Position numbers and translations under genes: made by a program. Of a stretch of 64,000 nt of DNA, positions 1 to 11,093 are shown piece by piece (the stretch's first letter is position 1; each line of letters begins with the position of its first letter). The stretch is from Hyaloraphidium curvatum SAG 235-1 (taxonomy: Eukaryota > Fungi > Monoblepharomycota), in the NCBI GenBank assembly GCA_025558095.1, contig JAIVFI010000029.1:1-64000 (forward strand), written 5' to 3'. Below the pieces are notes generated by a model that was given only the letters and a program-made list of their open reading frames with translations, ran no database searches and had not been told where the DNA came from.

Positions 1-40
1 TCCCCGTCCCCCACCCTCATCGCCACAAAAAACCGCCGCG

Positions 41-1223
41 ATGGTCCGCATGCTCCCCTTCGCCGACATCTCCGTGCCCGCCCCGGGCTTCGGGTGCGTC
101 GCTCCGCGCCCGTCTCCCGCGCGAATGCCGACGTCTGCCACCCACCCGCAGCGGCATGTCGCTCTCCTCCGTCTGGGGCAAGGCCGAGGACGCCGAGTCG
201 CTCGCCCTCCTGATGCGTGCCGTCGAAATCGGCTGCACGTTCTGGGACACGGCCGCTATTTACGGATCGGGCCACAACGAGAAGTTGATAGGTGCCTTCT
301 TCAAGGAGAACCCGGGGGCGAGGGACAAGGTGTTCGTGGCGAGCAAGTGCGGCTTCGTCGTCGACTTTTCCGGCACCGGCACGCGCCCGGCGCAGGTCAC
401 CAACTCGAAGGAGCACATCGAGGAGTACATCGAGGGGTCCATCGAGCGGCTCGGGACCAAGCCGGACCTGTACTACCTGCACCGCATCGAGCCCGGGCGG
501 GACCTGAACGAGAGCATCGGCGCGCTGGACGGGATCAGGAAGAAGGGGAGGTGCAAGTACATCGGGCTTTCCGAGTGCTCGGCCGAGACGCTCCGCAAGG
601 CCTGCAAGAGTACGCCGGCCGCACCGCATGTCTCCCGTTCTTCCGCCGACTCCTCCCCCCCCCTCCGTGGCAGTCGCCAAGATCGACGCCCTCCAGATCG
701 AGTACTCCCCGTGGTATATCGACCACGAGCGCAACGACCTCCTCAAGGCGGCGCGGGACAACGGCGTCGCCGTGATCGCCTACTCCCCCCTCGGCAAGGG
801 CGTCCTCACCGGCACCTTTGCCTCCCCTTCCGACTTCCCCGAGGGCGACCTGCGGCGCAACACCCCCCGGTTCCAGGGCGAGAACTTCGCGGCCAACATG
901 CGGCTCGTGGAGGGGATCAAGGCCATGGCGGAGAAGAAGGGGTGCACGCCGGGGCAGCTCGCGCTGGCGTGGGTGATGGCGCAGGGGGCGATTCCGATCC
1001 CCGGGACGAGGAGGGTGGCGAGGATGGAGGAGAACTTTGCGGCGGGGGAAGTGGAGCTTTCGGACGGGGATCTGGGGGAGCTGAGGAAGCTGATCGACGA
1101 GGCCGAGCCGGTCGGGGCCAGGTGCGTGGTGCTTGGGACGAGTCGGCGGGGGTCGTTGACCGAGTGCCCTTCGCGCGTGCGCACAGGTACCCGGAGGCGA
1201 TGATGAAGATGGTCGGCAACTGA
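41..1223 (+). CDS. Aldo-keto reductase, 4 exons
   Basis: Motifs GFG|[48 protein letters not shown] and IPIPGT are spread over three frames and joined by GT..AG introns (about 94-151, 610-673, 1122-1186). Confidence 0.95.
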
Positions 1224-1572
1224 GCAATTCCCCTCGGCATCATCTTGAAAAGATCGAGTCGCGTCAGCAAACTCCCTCTTACTCGCGTACGCCCCGTCCC
1301 GCTGTGACGTTCGACGACAGAATAGTACGAGTGCCCGACTCCGCCCGATCGCTCCGCGTACCAGTCGGGACTCCCGGGGGCGCGCTTCCCCCGCTGGAAT
1401 CCTGATGGGTCCCGGCGTCCTCTAGAGCATCCATCGGCGTCACCCCGTTGCCGCAAACGGGAAGCGCGGCTTCCGAAACGGAAGTGCGGCCGCTCCAGAC
1501 GTGGGGTGGGCAGTTCACGGGTGCAGTGACAGCCAAAGCGATCCAACCGCAAAACCCCACCGACCTTCCACC

Positions 1573-1933
1573 ATGGCCGCCGCCCTCTCCCGTGCGGCGC
1601 TGCTCCTGGCGCTGGTGATCGCGGCGTGCCCAGCGCCCGCGGTCGCTGCCGAGGGCCGCGGCCGCGCCAACGGGCTCGTGGCAAAACCAGGCCAGACCAG
1701 CGGGCTCGTCTGCGTCGCAACGACCCTCGCCGCACAGGCGGTCTCCCCGGCGACGCTGCTGCCGAACCGCATTGTCAACAACCGCGACCGCAGCATCGCG
1801 CCCGAATGGTATTTCGCCCTCGGGCCCGACTCCGGTAAGGGCAAGTTCGGCTCGGTGCGCGTCGCTGCGCTGCGGGCCTCGGTGCGGGGCCCGCTGGACC
1901 CCGCCGACAGCCCCGGCCGCGTGTTCGCGATCA
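1573..1933 (+). pseudogene. 5' part of a secreted-protein gene truncated at the retrotransposon junction
   Basis: Signal-peptide-like start (MAAALSRAALLLALVIAACPAPAVA) with GC3-rich codons. The frame runs into the element's 3' end and stops at 1998. Confidence 0.5.
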
Positions 1934-2501
1934 GATCTCTATCACAGGCGCTGAGCGCCCCCCAACCCCGATACATCACGTCACGCCATATACATTGAAT
2001 TCGGGGAAGAGGGGAGGGGTTAGATGTCCGCCTAACTGCCGGGTACAGGCTTCCTTGAACCTGTTCATTTGGCAACCCAGTACGCGCCCCCGCTGAACAA
2101 CGGCGCGCAGACGGCCGGTCTGGCGGGCCATGAGACCATCGACATCCCAGTCTTTGCCGTCGGATTTGGTGCGCGGGGGAGAGATCTCTCGAGACCAAAC
2201 ACGGAGCTGTTCGTCCGCCGCGTCGTGCAGGCGGCCGAAGGTCGAGACCGCAAACCAAACGAGGTTGTGCACGGGGGGATCGGGAACGTAGAACTGGTTG
2301 GCAAGGGCCGTCGCCTTCTTCTGAACAGCGCGGCGCAGGAGCGAGGTCTCGTTGCGGGAGTCCGTCGAGCGCGAGGCCGTGACGCTGGGGGTAACAACGG
2401 TGACGTCGACGAGGTCAGAACGAGCGCCCACGCGGCGGATGACGATGTCGGTCGAGGTTTTCCCGATGTCCAGGGCTCGTGCAAGTGTGGTGTCTTTAGG
2501 C

Positions 2502-2665
2502 ACGAACCCATTCTCGAGGTAACCACGATGACGACGGTCGACGACCACGCCACGGGAGGCGAGCTTGTCCTTGAGCTCATCCGCCAACGCAGATTCAAGC
2601 GCGTTGTGCCGCGCAACCTTGCCCATTATCGGGCACGTGAAGGCGTGCAGGAAGTCGGCTCCCCG
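2502..2665. repeat. 164-bp direct repeat, copy 1 (inside the RLE domain)
   Basis: Matches 4555-4718 (acgaacccattctcgagg...gaagtcggctccccg), offset 2053. Confidence 0.95.
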
Positions 2666-4554
2666 CGGCGCAAGGATGCGTGTGACCTGCCTGCCACTGC
2701 CATCGTCGACAGTGCACCCGAGCGGGCAGAGCATCTGCGATGGTAGGGCCGAGAGCCAAGGGGCAGGGAGACCGAGGTCGGTACAGATGTTCAGCTGCAA
2801 CGCCTCGTCGTCCAGGCCGGTGTCCTTCTCCAAGCACTGCGCACCCAGGCAGGCACCCGAGTGGCCGGCCTTGACGCTAAGCCAGATGGCGCGCTGCTGG
2901 GAGCCCGCGGGAAGGTCCGCCAGAATGGCCTGGTGGATCCAGGCCAGCTGTGCCCGGTACAACTCGTGCTGCAGGCCTTTGGCGCCGATGGAATCCATCC
3001 ACAGCTCGATGCCCGACGCGGAGAGCGAGGCAAGCACGGGCTCGGCAAGCCCAGCGCCACGGACCGCGGTGAGCGCAAAGTCCAGGTCCGCGGTGAGCCG
3101 GCCAAGCACGTCCGCCGCGATGGTGTAGGAGTCACCGGCCCGGCGCAGCCCAATGAGGCGGCGTAACCGCACGCCAGAGAGCGCGTGGGCGCCGACGAAC
3201 GCAAAGGGTGCGAGCCGGGCCAGTTCCAAGAAACCGATGCCGCCGCCATCGAGCCAGAGGAAGATGCGGCGGCGGAGCTGGCGGAGCAGGCCGTGAGACT
3301 GCCAACGCGCGTTGGGCAGGGCGGCGAGCTCTCCATGGCCCGCAAGAAGAAGCAGGCCCCGCATGGTGCACCAGTCGACAGCGTCCACGTGGGGGATGGT
3401 CAACCGCGGAGGGAGACCGCGGACAACGTGGATGAGGCGGCTGGCCACGCAGAGGCGAAGCACGGTGTAAAGACCGTGGCGTTTTGGGAAGCCCACCTCG
3501 AGCGGCCACTCCTCGCACTTGTTCACCACGGTCCGAACCAGATCCATGGTCGAGTCGCATGCCTGCTTGAGAAACGATTCGACGTACTCAGGGGAGCCGA
3601 CGGGGAGTCCACCAGCAAGGAACCCGCGCTCGACGGGGTTGGCAGCCTCGTTAACGCATGGGATGCCCGTGGCCGAGGCCCAGGCAGCCAGCGAGGCGTG
3701 GCCTTCGACCGGGGTGAGAAGCGAGGCGATGTCGGCCACGTACAGCGCGGATTTGCCGGGCTGGACAGCCAGCTGGTTTTCCTCCAGGACTTCAAGCAGC
3801 GAGACGTACGCGGCAACGACGGCTGCCGGGAGGCCCAGGATGTAGGTGTCGTCGTGCAGGGTGAGGATCCGTGTCGCCGGGTGCGCAGGCACGCACCGCT
3901 GCCAACAGGAAACTGTAGACCACGTCGAAGACGACCCCGCTCTCCGACATGCCCTGGATCACGCCCTCGGCCGAAACGGCGAAGAACACTGCCTTGCCCA
4001 GGATGACACGGTAGATGATCCGGCATGGCCCACCGTAGAAGGTCCGGAAGAAGGGAATCAGCGAGGGGAACTGGCGAACCCAACGGAAGACCAGACGCCG
4101 CGGCAGGCAGTTGAACGCGTTTCTCAGGTCCAGCTTGAGCGCCACCAGCTCCGGGTCCATCGCCAGCAAGGCCTGGATCGTGCGATAGAGGAGTGCCGGA
4201 CCATCGGGGACGTAGGAGCCCTGGTCGTCGGCATGGAGGAGCCAGCGCAAGCCGTCCGAGTTGGCAGAGTCGGGTGAGACGTGTTCCTTCAAGTAGTCCA
4301 CAATCCACGATCCCGCCAGGCGGACCAGACAGAGGGCAATCCCGATGGGGCGCCCAGTTCCCGGCCGGCCTGGTTTCGAGAGCGCGACGCCGTTCATCGT
4401 GGAGATCCAACTCCGCAGGGAGGGTGCGAGGAAGGTGCCAGAAAAGACCAACTCGATGAACTTCACTGGCGTGTGGAAGCGTACCCGAGAGGCGTCCGCA
4501 CGGCAGTTGAATTGGCGGAGGAGCCGGCGGTAGGACACACCGTCGACGCCTTTG

Positions 4555-4718
4555 ACGAACCCATTCTCGAGGTAACCACGATGACGACGGTCGACGACCA
4601 CGCCACGGGAGGCGAGCTTGTCCTTGAGCTCATCCGCCAACGCAGATTCAAGCGCGTTGTGCCGCGCAACCTTGCCCATTATCGGGCACGTGAAGGCGTG
4701 CAGGAAGTCGGCTCCCCG
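4555..4718. repeat. 164-bp direct repeat, copy 2 (5' end of the retroelement)
   Basis: Matches 2502-2665. Confidence 0.95.
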
Positions 4719-4747
4719 ACGATCAACGCCGCCCGCAGCAGCCCGCC

Positions 4748-6591
4748 ATGCGCGCCCTCCTTGCGTGCCTCCTCCTCGCCGTGGCGGGCACCGCGCACGG
4801 TTCGACGTGGGTCGCGTGGTCCCCGTCGCTGCCGCGCGACAACCCGGACAACCTCGCCGCGCCGTTCGAGTTCCGCCGGACGGCCGTGATGGGCCCCGAC
4901 CGCCGCGCCGGGCTGCGCGAGCTCGACGACGCGCCGGCGACGCGCACGGGCGCCGCCGGCGCGCTGATCATCCACCAGCGCGAGGACGAGACCACGTACA
5001 GGCAGCCGGCCGGGTCCGACAAGCCGGCCATCTCGGTGCTGCACAAGTACCTGCGCGTGGTCGAGTTCAACGCCCCGTTCGACGCCGCGGCAAAGCTCAA
5101 GGAGGCGAACCCGCGGCTCGAGCTCGTCTGCATCCGGCTCGAGCTCCGAGCAAAGAAGAACTGCCCGGGAGACACCCACCTCATGCTCATCTGCACCGAC
5201 AACCAGGCCCTGCAGACGTACCTCGCCGACGTCGGCATCAAGATCCGCGAGGGCACCGCGCGCAGCGGCGTCACGTGGGACCATGCCTTCGACCGCTTCT
5301 CGGAGCCCTTCAACTCGCCCTCGCAATTCGACGGCTGCCGCGACGTGCTCTACGCGGCGTGCAGCGGCCCCGACTACGTCGGCCGTAGGCGGGCGACAAA
5401 CATCCCGGACAACATGGCGGACGCCCCCGCCGGAGGCTACAAGGTCGGCACGTGCACCAAGATGCTCGCCTGCGGCAGCGAGTTTGCCCGCGACCAGGAG
5501 GCCCGGATCGTCGGGTACGGAACCAAGATCCACGGAAACACCGCACTCGGGATGGTGGTACGCAAGAATGACCGCGGCCAGGTCACGGGCGTCGCCGTCG
5601 CTTTCCCCGGCACGAAATCGGGGACCGAGGCCTGGGGGGCGCGTTTCCCATCCGTGCGACATGACATCCGCATCTCGCGCTGATCGCCCCGTTGCAGGAC
5701 GTGAACTTCCTCGCCACCGCCTTCCTCGACCGCTGGAAGGTCCTCCACCTCGGCAAAGGCCTCCCCGACACCCTCTGGGCCGCGTACGGCATCCTCAAGT
5801 CCCTCTCGGAGAACAACCGCCTCTTCCTCCGCTTCATCGGCGCCTTTGTCGAGAACGAGCTGCTCCCGCAGCTCAAGGACGCCCGCGGCGCGCTCAGGCC
5901 CGACGTCCCCGTGCTGCTCGTCGGCATCTCCCTGGGCGGCTTCCTATCGCAGTTTGTCGGGCTGCACCTGCTCGCGCTGGGCCACCGCAACGTCAACGTC
6001 GCCTCGGGCAGCGGGCCCGGCGCCGTGCGCGCGTACGCCGAGCTCGCCGGGACCGTGTTCGGCCGCGCGGTCCCCGCTCCCCGGTGGCCCGCGGACCCGA
6101 TGCGCTTCGTCAACCTGCACCAGTGGCAGGACTGGATCCCCCGGCTGGGCCGGCAGCCCGGCTTCACGTGCTTTTCCAACGGCCCCTCGGTCGAGGTCAA
6201 CGACGACGGCGAGACCGCGCTGGACAAGTGCGGGAAGTGGAGCAACCTCCAGGTCACGGGCGTGCTGCAGCTCGCCAACGGCGCCTGCATGGCCAAGGTG
6301 CACAACAGCCCCACCCCCGCGGCCGAGACGGCGTGCTGCCAGGCCGGCGCGTCGTGGTGCGGCTTGTACGTGCCCGCGGAGGGGGACCCGGAGGAGGCGG
6401 CGAGGAGGGCCGAGATGGAGAGGCTGAGGGAGGAGCAGCTGGCGCGGGAGAGGGCCGAGGCGGCGGCGTTCAGGAAGAAGATGCAGGAGCAGAACAGGCT
6501 CGAGAGGGAGAACAGGAACAGGAAGAAGAAGCTGGCGGGGGGGAGGGTGCGGCGCGACGAGATATTCGGCGGGCGGATGCGGGCAAAGTGA
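4748..6591 (+). CDS. Secreted class-3-lipase-like alpha/beta hydrolase, 2 exons
   Basis: Signal peptide, VAVAFPGT, VHxG-like VLHLG, nucleophile elbow LLVGISLGG and DWIPRL. Intron ends at ttgcag 5697. Cys-rich segment and charged coiled-coil tail. Confidence 0.75.
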
Positions 6592-6721
6592 AGATGGCGA
6601 GATCTGGTGTGAGTGGATGGAGAGCGGCGTGAAGAGAGTCGTAGTGCGCGGAGTGTTTCTTTCGTTGGCGATAAGCGATCGTGCGAGGAATGTAGTGTAG
6701 TCGCTCTTGATGCACATCCAG

Positions 6722-8275
6722 TCACGCAAACGCCGCCGCCACCCGTTGGAGCACCTCCAATCTGCCCTCCGCAGCGGCCCTGACTACCTCCGGCACCCCC
6801 TTCCACCCCGGATCCGCGATCGCATCCCCCGCAGCCTCCACCTCCACCGCCACGAGCGCCCGCAGGCCGTCCCTCGCCGCCGACACAATCTCGGCGTCCG
6901 ACTCGAGGGCAGCAAGCAGCGCCGGGAGGTCCCCCGGCGTGCGGAAAGCTCCGTGGCCCGGGATCGTCACCGCCGGCGGGGAGATATCGACCTCGCTGCC
7001 CCGCGCGCCGGTGAGCAGCCCATGGATGAGCAGCGCCGCGGCGCGGTGCGCCGGATCGGGGAACACCGCCGCCAGCAGGTCGCCCCCCGATCCCGCGGCG
7101 GGGGCATCGGCGCGGACCACCCCCCGCCCCTTGATCTCCAGGATGCCGAGCAGTGCAGGGAGTTCGGAGGGTAGGTCCGCGTCGAGCGAAGGGGGGATGA
7201 GCTGGATTGCGGCAGACATTGCCGGGGAGGAGGAGGCGGGGATGCCGTGGGCGAAGAGGAGCTCCTCCTCGGCGGCGGCGGCGAGGTGACGAGCTTTCCA
7301 GGGCTCGTCGTCGGCGGAGCCATCGGCAGGCGGGGAGGAAGCCGCGGTGGCGTAGCTGATGGTGACCTCCTCCCCCTCCTCCAGCCCCCTCGCAGCGACC
7401 AGCTCAACGAAAACCTCGCGGCCCTCCAGCGCCGGCCTCCACCTGGCGTTGGCCTCCCCCGCGGGCGCATGGTTGGCAAAGTCCAGCAGCGGGACCATGT
7501 GGTACCTGTCCACGTCCTCCATGACCCGCACGGAAGCCCACGCGCGGGGGTCGCCGTCCTCCGTCACCCCTGGGGCGAGCTGGATGGCTTCGATGGCGTC
7601 GCCGAGGGCCAGCGCACGCGTCACGTACAGCAGGTCCGCGGCGAGCCAGTCGGCAAATGCGGGCTCGGCGGACGAGGGGAGGAGGTGCGCGGCGAAGATG
7701 GCGGCGGCGGAGGCGTGTTCGCGGGCCAGAGTGCGGAGCTTGGAGGAGAGGGCGGTGTGGAGCGGCGGGTGGGCGCGTTCCAGAAGGGATGCGGGGGAAT
7801 TGGATTGGGGTTCGGCGCGTTCCTCCGATTCACTCCCGCCGCTGGCGCCGAGCTGGGAGGCGAGCCAGGCGGCCGGGTGCGCCGCTAAATCAACCGGCAT
7901 CGCGTCGACGTACGCGCCGTACGTTCTCTCCAGCGGGTCCTCGGCGTCCCCACTCGCCCTCAGTGCCCTCAGGCGAAGCAGCGCCACGGCGACGACGGTC
8001 CTCTCGCTGAGCCGCCAGCCGGCGTCCTCCTGCAGATACGCCAGCGTGCGCTCGACTTCCGGCGACGCCTCGAGGATGTTCGACGTGCTCAGCGTGGCTT
8101 TGGCCGGGATGCGGAGGAGGACGGCGCCTTTCGCGTGCGCCGAGGCGGCAAAGAGGCCGAGGCCGCCGCGGGGGCTGGCCGCCGCGAGCAGAGCGCCCCT
8201 CCCCACAACCGCAGTCGGGAAAGACGATTCTAGGAAAGATGCCAGCGCGGCGGGCGCGTCATCGGGCGCGGCCAT
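6722..8275 (-). CDS. SET-domain protein-lysine methyltransferase (Rubisco LSMT/SETD-like)
   Basis: GGLGLFA, MVPLLDFANH and GEEVTISY SET motifs in a 517-aa ORF. Confidence 0.88.
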   Translation of the reverse strand: MAAPDDAPAALASFLESSFPTAVVGRGALLAAASPRGGLGLFAASAHAKGAVLLRIPAKATLSTSNILEASPEVERTLAYLQEDAGWRLSERTVVAVALLRLRALRASGDAEDPLERTYGAYVDAMPVDLAAHPAAWLASQLGASGGSESEERAEPQSNSPASLLERAHPPLHTALSSKLRTLAREHASAAAIFAAHLLPSSAEPAFADWLAADLLYVTRALALGDAIEAIQLAPGVTEDGDPRAWASVRVMEDVDRYHMVPLLDFANHAPAGEANARWRPALEGREVFVELVAARGLEEGEEVTISYATAASSPPADGSADDEPWKARHLAAAAEEELLFAHGIPASSSPAMSAAIQLIPPSLDADLPSELPALLGILEIKGRGVVRADAPAAGSGGDLLAAVFPDPAHRAAALLIHGLLTGARGSEVDISPPAVTIPGHGAFRTPGDLPALLAALESDAEIVSAARDGLRALVAVEVEAAGDAIADPGWKGVPEVVRAAAEGRLEVLQRVAAAFA

Positions 8276-8806
8276 CGCGGCTCAGGCGGAATCAGAGTGG
8301 AAAGACGAGGTCGGTCAAGCAAGTAAACAAATACGCGAGCTCCCTGATCCGTTCGCGGTGCTGGCGAAGGTGCCCGGCGGCATCGACGTGCGGGGGTTCG
8401 AGGAGACGCTGGATCCGGTTCACGATGGGTTCTTTGGAGGGCTGGCGAATTTCAGGTTCGGGAGGTGCGTGGGATACCCGCACCCGGAGAACGAGATCTC
8501 GTTCCTGTTAGAGTTGCCGGCCCGCATGCTAGACGAAGTGCTGGGGTCCGAGGGGGGGAAGCTGGAGGGGACGGCGGTGGACGCGCCTGCGGCGACGGGC
8601 GGGCACGCCGTGGAGGAGGCACCCGTGGCGGGCAACTCGAACGCCTCGGCAGGCCGCTCCCGCGGACATGGGGAGCTGGGACATCAAGCCTCTTTACGAG
8701 TCGTTCTCGACCAGGCACATCTTCAAGTAGACGAGCGGCTCCGGCCTGGGCATTCAACTTCTCTCTTTCCGCTTTCGGCACTGTACATTACCAATGTCGG
8801 ACGTGA

Positions 8807-9922
8807 TCACCTCACGAAACGCCAGCAGACCGGGAACTCGGCGTCCTCCCACCAGTTGGGCCGGTCCTTGCCCGCGTACCGCCCGAACGCAAACACGGCC
8901 GCCGGCGTCAGGTCCAGCCCCTGGTTCGGGCACCCCGCGCACCGGTCCACCACCGTCAATCTCCGCGCGGTGCCCCGCTCGACGTCCAACACGTCCACCT
9001 GCATGCGCGTGGCGCATTGCGTGTAGTTGTACTGGAAGGCGTTGACGGCGACGCCGGGGGTGTAGTCGTCCATGGGGTTGTCGCACGAGCCGATGCCCGC
9101 GTAGCCGTGGTTCTGTGCGGGATCCACGACGTTGTACCACGAAGCCCTCCCGCAAAAAGTCCAATTCCCGGTAGTCGGCACCGCGAGCACAGGGATCGTC
9201 GTGGTGGTCCGGGTGCGAGTAGCCGTCGCTCCGGACGGGAGGGTGGCCGTGGTCTGCGGCGTCACCGACGTCGTCGATGTGGTCGGCGGGCGGCCACCGC
9301 CGTTGCAGGGTCCCAAGTCGCAAATGCCGTAGCCATCCTGACACCCCACGGCGCACCACAGGTCCCCGAAACCGCAGTAGCCGTACTGCGAGCAGCACAG
9401 GCCCGGCGTGCAGCTGGTGTTGACGCCAGAGCCGCAGCGTCCATCGGCCGAGATCGGGTAGGTGGGGCACAGGTTTGATCCGGGCGGAGGAGGGGTCGGA
9501 GGTGGCGGAGGAGGAGGAGGGGGGGCGGGCGGCGGCGCTGGCGGGGGTGTGACCGTCGTGGTCGGCGGTGGAGCGGTTGTCAGCCGGCGCTTGGTCGTCT
9601 TTACGCGGCGAGAAGTTGTCTTCCGGCGGGTTGTAGTCTTTCGCCTGCTGGTCGTCTTACGCTTCTTGGTCGTCTTCTTGACAGGTGCCCGTTCGCGGGC
9701 CGGGGATGCCCAGTCCCCGCCGGAATCGGAATCGTCGGGGGCCAAATCGCCGACAGCGAGCACCGCATAGTCCAACTGTGCTGGAGGGCCGTCATCGGGC
9801 AGCGCCCTGTGAATCACCGAGCTTGTGGCCGCCGGAATTGCGGAGGCACGGCCGAGGATCAGGGATCCCAAGACCAGCGCTGCGAGCGCCCATTCCGGCC
9901 GCGGGCTCGCGGGGCGTTTCAT
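8807..9922 (-). CDS. Secreted hevein (CBM18) plus DPBB (expansin/loosenin/barwin-like) protein
   Basis: Signal peptide; K/T/R-rich and poly-Pro linkers; CG...C...CCSQYGYCG...C...GCQ..YG.C; ASWY...GSC...VAVN...VVDRCAGC...LDLT. Confidence 0.88.
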   Translation of the reverse strand: MKRPASPRPEWALAALVLGSLILGRASAIPAATSSVIHRALPDDGPPAQLDYAVLAVGDLAPDDSDSGGDWASPARERAPVKKTTKKRKTTSRRKTTTRRKTTSRRVKTTKRRLTTAPPPTTTVTPPPAPPPAPPPPPPPPPTPPPPGSNLCPTYPISADGRCGSGVNTSCTPGLCCSQYGYCGFGDLWCAVGCQDGYGICDLGPCNGGGRPPTTSTTSVTPQTTATLPSGATATRTRTTTTIPVLAVPTTGNWTFCGRASWYNVVDPAQNHGYAGIGSCDNPMDDYTPGVAVNAFQYNYTQCATRMQVDVLDVERGTARRLTVVDRCAGCPNQGLDLTPAAVFAFGRYAGKDRPNWWEDAEFPVCWRFVR

Positions 9923-10187
9923 GAGTGGGGTCGCCGTAAGGGGTCACAGGGTCTGCGGCCGTCAGCGGCATTGCGGGGGGATCGGGCTGGGCGGGTCGGA
10001 TTCGGGAGGCGCCGCAGCTGCGGCGGTGCGGCGTGCTCATCGGACCCTTCGTCTGCACCACAGCCCGCCCTCTTCGCCGAACTGCCCTTGCTAAATTCCA
10101 AGGGAGCAACATCTGTCCTGGCTCTCGCATTCACAGCTCCTCCCGCGCCCTTCCTTCGACCCGTTGCTAGCCCCGGTCCGCCGTCGA

Positions 10188-11093
10188 TCACTTGGGAGCG
10201 CAGACGGTCTTGTGCTCCGGCCAGTCCGCCTTCTGGCACTCGGCAGAGCAGTATCGAATTGCCTTGCACCGTCCGCAGCGCTGCATCCCGCGAGTACCAT
10301 CGGTCGATGACGAGGGGCACCGGGCGCAGATGCTCCCCTAGGCAAAGGCGTCTGGTCGGCCGCCCGCGAGCACCTCGGCCGCCGCGACGGCGATTTTGCG
10401 GCACTTGTCGTCCTCGCAGTAAGGCCACACATAGGAGTTCCAGCTGACTTCGTCGGGACCCTCAGGCACTGTTTTCGTCACGGCGAGAGAGTAGGCCGAC
10501 GCGATCTGGCCGCATGAGGCGCAGACGAAGGACCCAATGCGGCGCCCCGACGACATGTCAACGTTGTAGGAGCCGAGAATCTGCTGGAAAGCCATGACCG
10601 TGTGACTCAGCGGCATCTCGTCGGGCGGTGTCATGAACCCCTCATGAGTTTCCCGCCGGCCGTGCACCCCCAACAGGGTGACCGTGACAGGTTCCAGAAC
10701 CTCCGGTGCGTTAAAGGTGGTATCATTGAGGCTGTCCATTCCCTTTCTTATCCGCTCGACCTCCCGCTTCGTCTTTTCGATGCAGACAGACTTGGCGCAC
10801 CGCGGATGGCAAGTGAGGAAGAGACGGATCGTGCCATCCCTTCCAGGAATGTTCGGCAGAGCCACCGACGTGAAGACTTCCACCTCTTTCGAGCCGCCAC
10901 AGGCGAAGCACCTCCATCTCCTGGCATCCACGGCGGCCCTCTTGAAAGCCCGCAGATCCGGCAGGTCCAGGAGCGCCGTGCCGGCCTCGACCGCCCTCTT
11001 CACGTCCGCGGAGACCATTCGCAAGGTCCGCTCGCACAGCATGGGCCGCTCGCCGAAGCGGTGCACTGCCAGCGTCGTCGAATAGTCCTCCAT
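10188..11093 (-). pseudogene. MYND zinc-finger family gene with a premature stop
   Basis: Paralog of 14415-15323. An in-frame TAG at 10338-10340 (FA*GS versus FAEGS) precedes an otherwise intact MYND (QRCGRCKAIRYCSAECQKADWPEHK). Confidence 0.85.

Larger units (their letters stand above)
1934..4719 (-). mobile_element. 5'-truncated non-LTR retrotransposon, RT plus restriction-like endonuclease (CRE-like clade), frameshifted
   Basis: RT motifs GVDG, RPIGI, KLDLRNAFN, GVIQG, LHDD and GGLPVGS. C-terminal zinc knuckle (CPLGC...HAFTC), RHN, TDIV...LVDVTV and KK. A 1-nt frameshift lies near 3887. CGATCA flanks both sides (1928-1933 and 4720-4725). Confidence 0.9.

Noticed and set aside
1400-1495. 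Possible hammerhead ribozyme (ctgatgg... and the cttccgaaacggaag hairpin)
   Set aside because: The core CUGANGA is not matched and three stems cannot be closed; short hairpins are expected at this GC content.
2016-2024. GGGTTAG as a telomeric target of the retroelement
   Set aside because: It is a single unit inside the ORF; there is no repeat array at either junction.
2502-4718. 164-bp direct repeats read as LTRs
   Set aside because: One copy is internal coding sequence, there are no TG..CA ends, no gag or integrase is present, and the protein is RLE non-LTR type.
5283-9026. Long Arg/Pro/Ala-rich alternative ORFs (5283-6632, 7359-9026 and many similar)
   Set aside because: These are stop-poor off-frames of GC-rich genes with no motifs.
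10338-10340. In-frame stops as a reassigned codon or readthrough
   Set aside because: The stops are of different types (TAG, TGA, TAA) and co-occur with frameshifts, and TAG and TGA end intact genes. Pseudogenisation is the simpler explanation.
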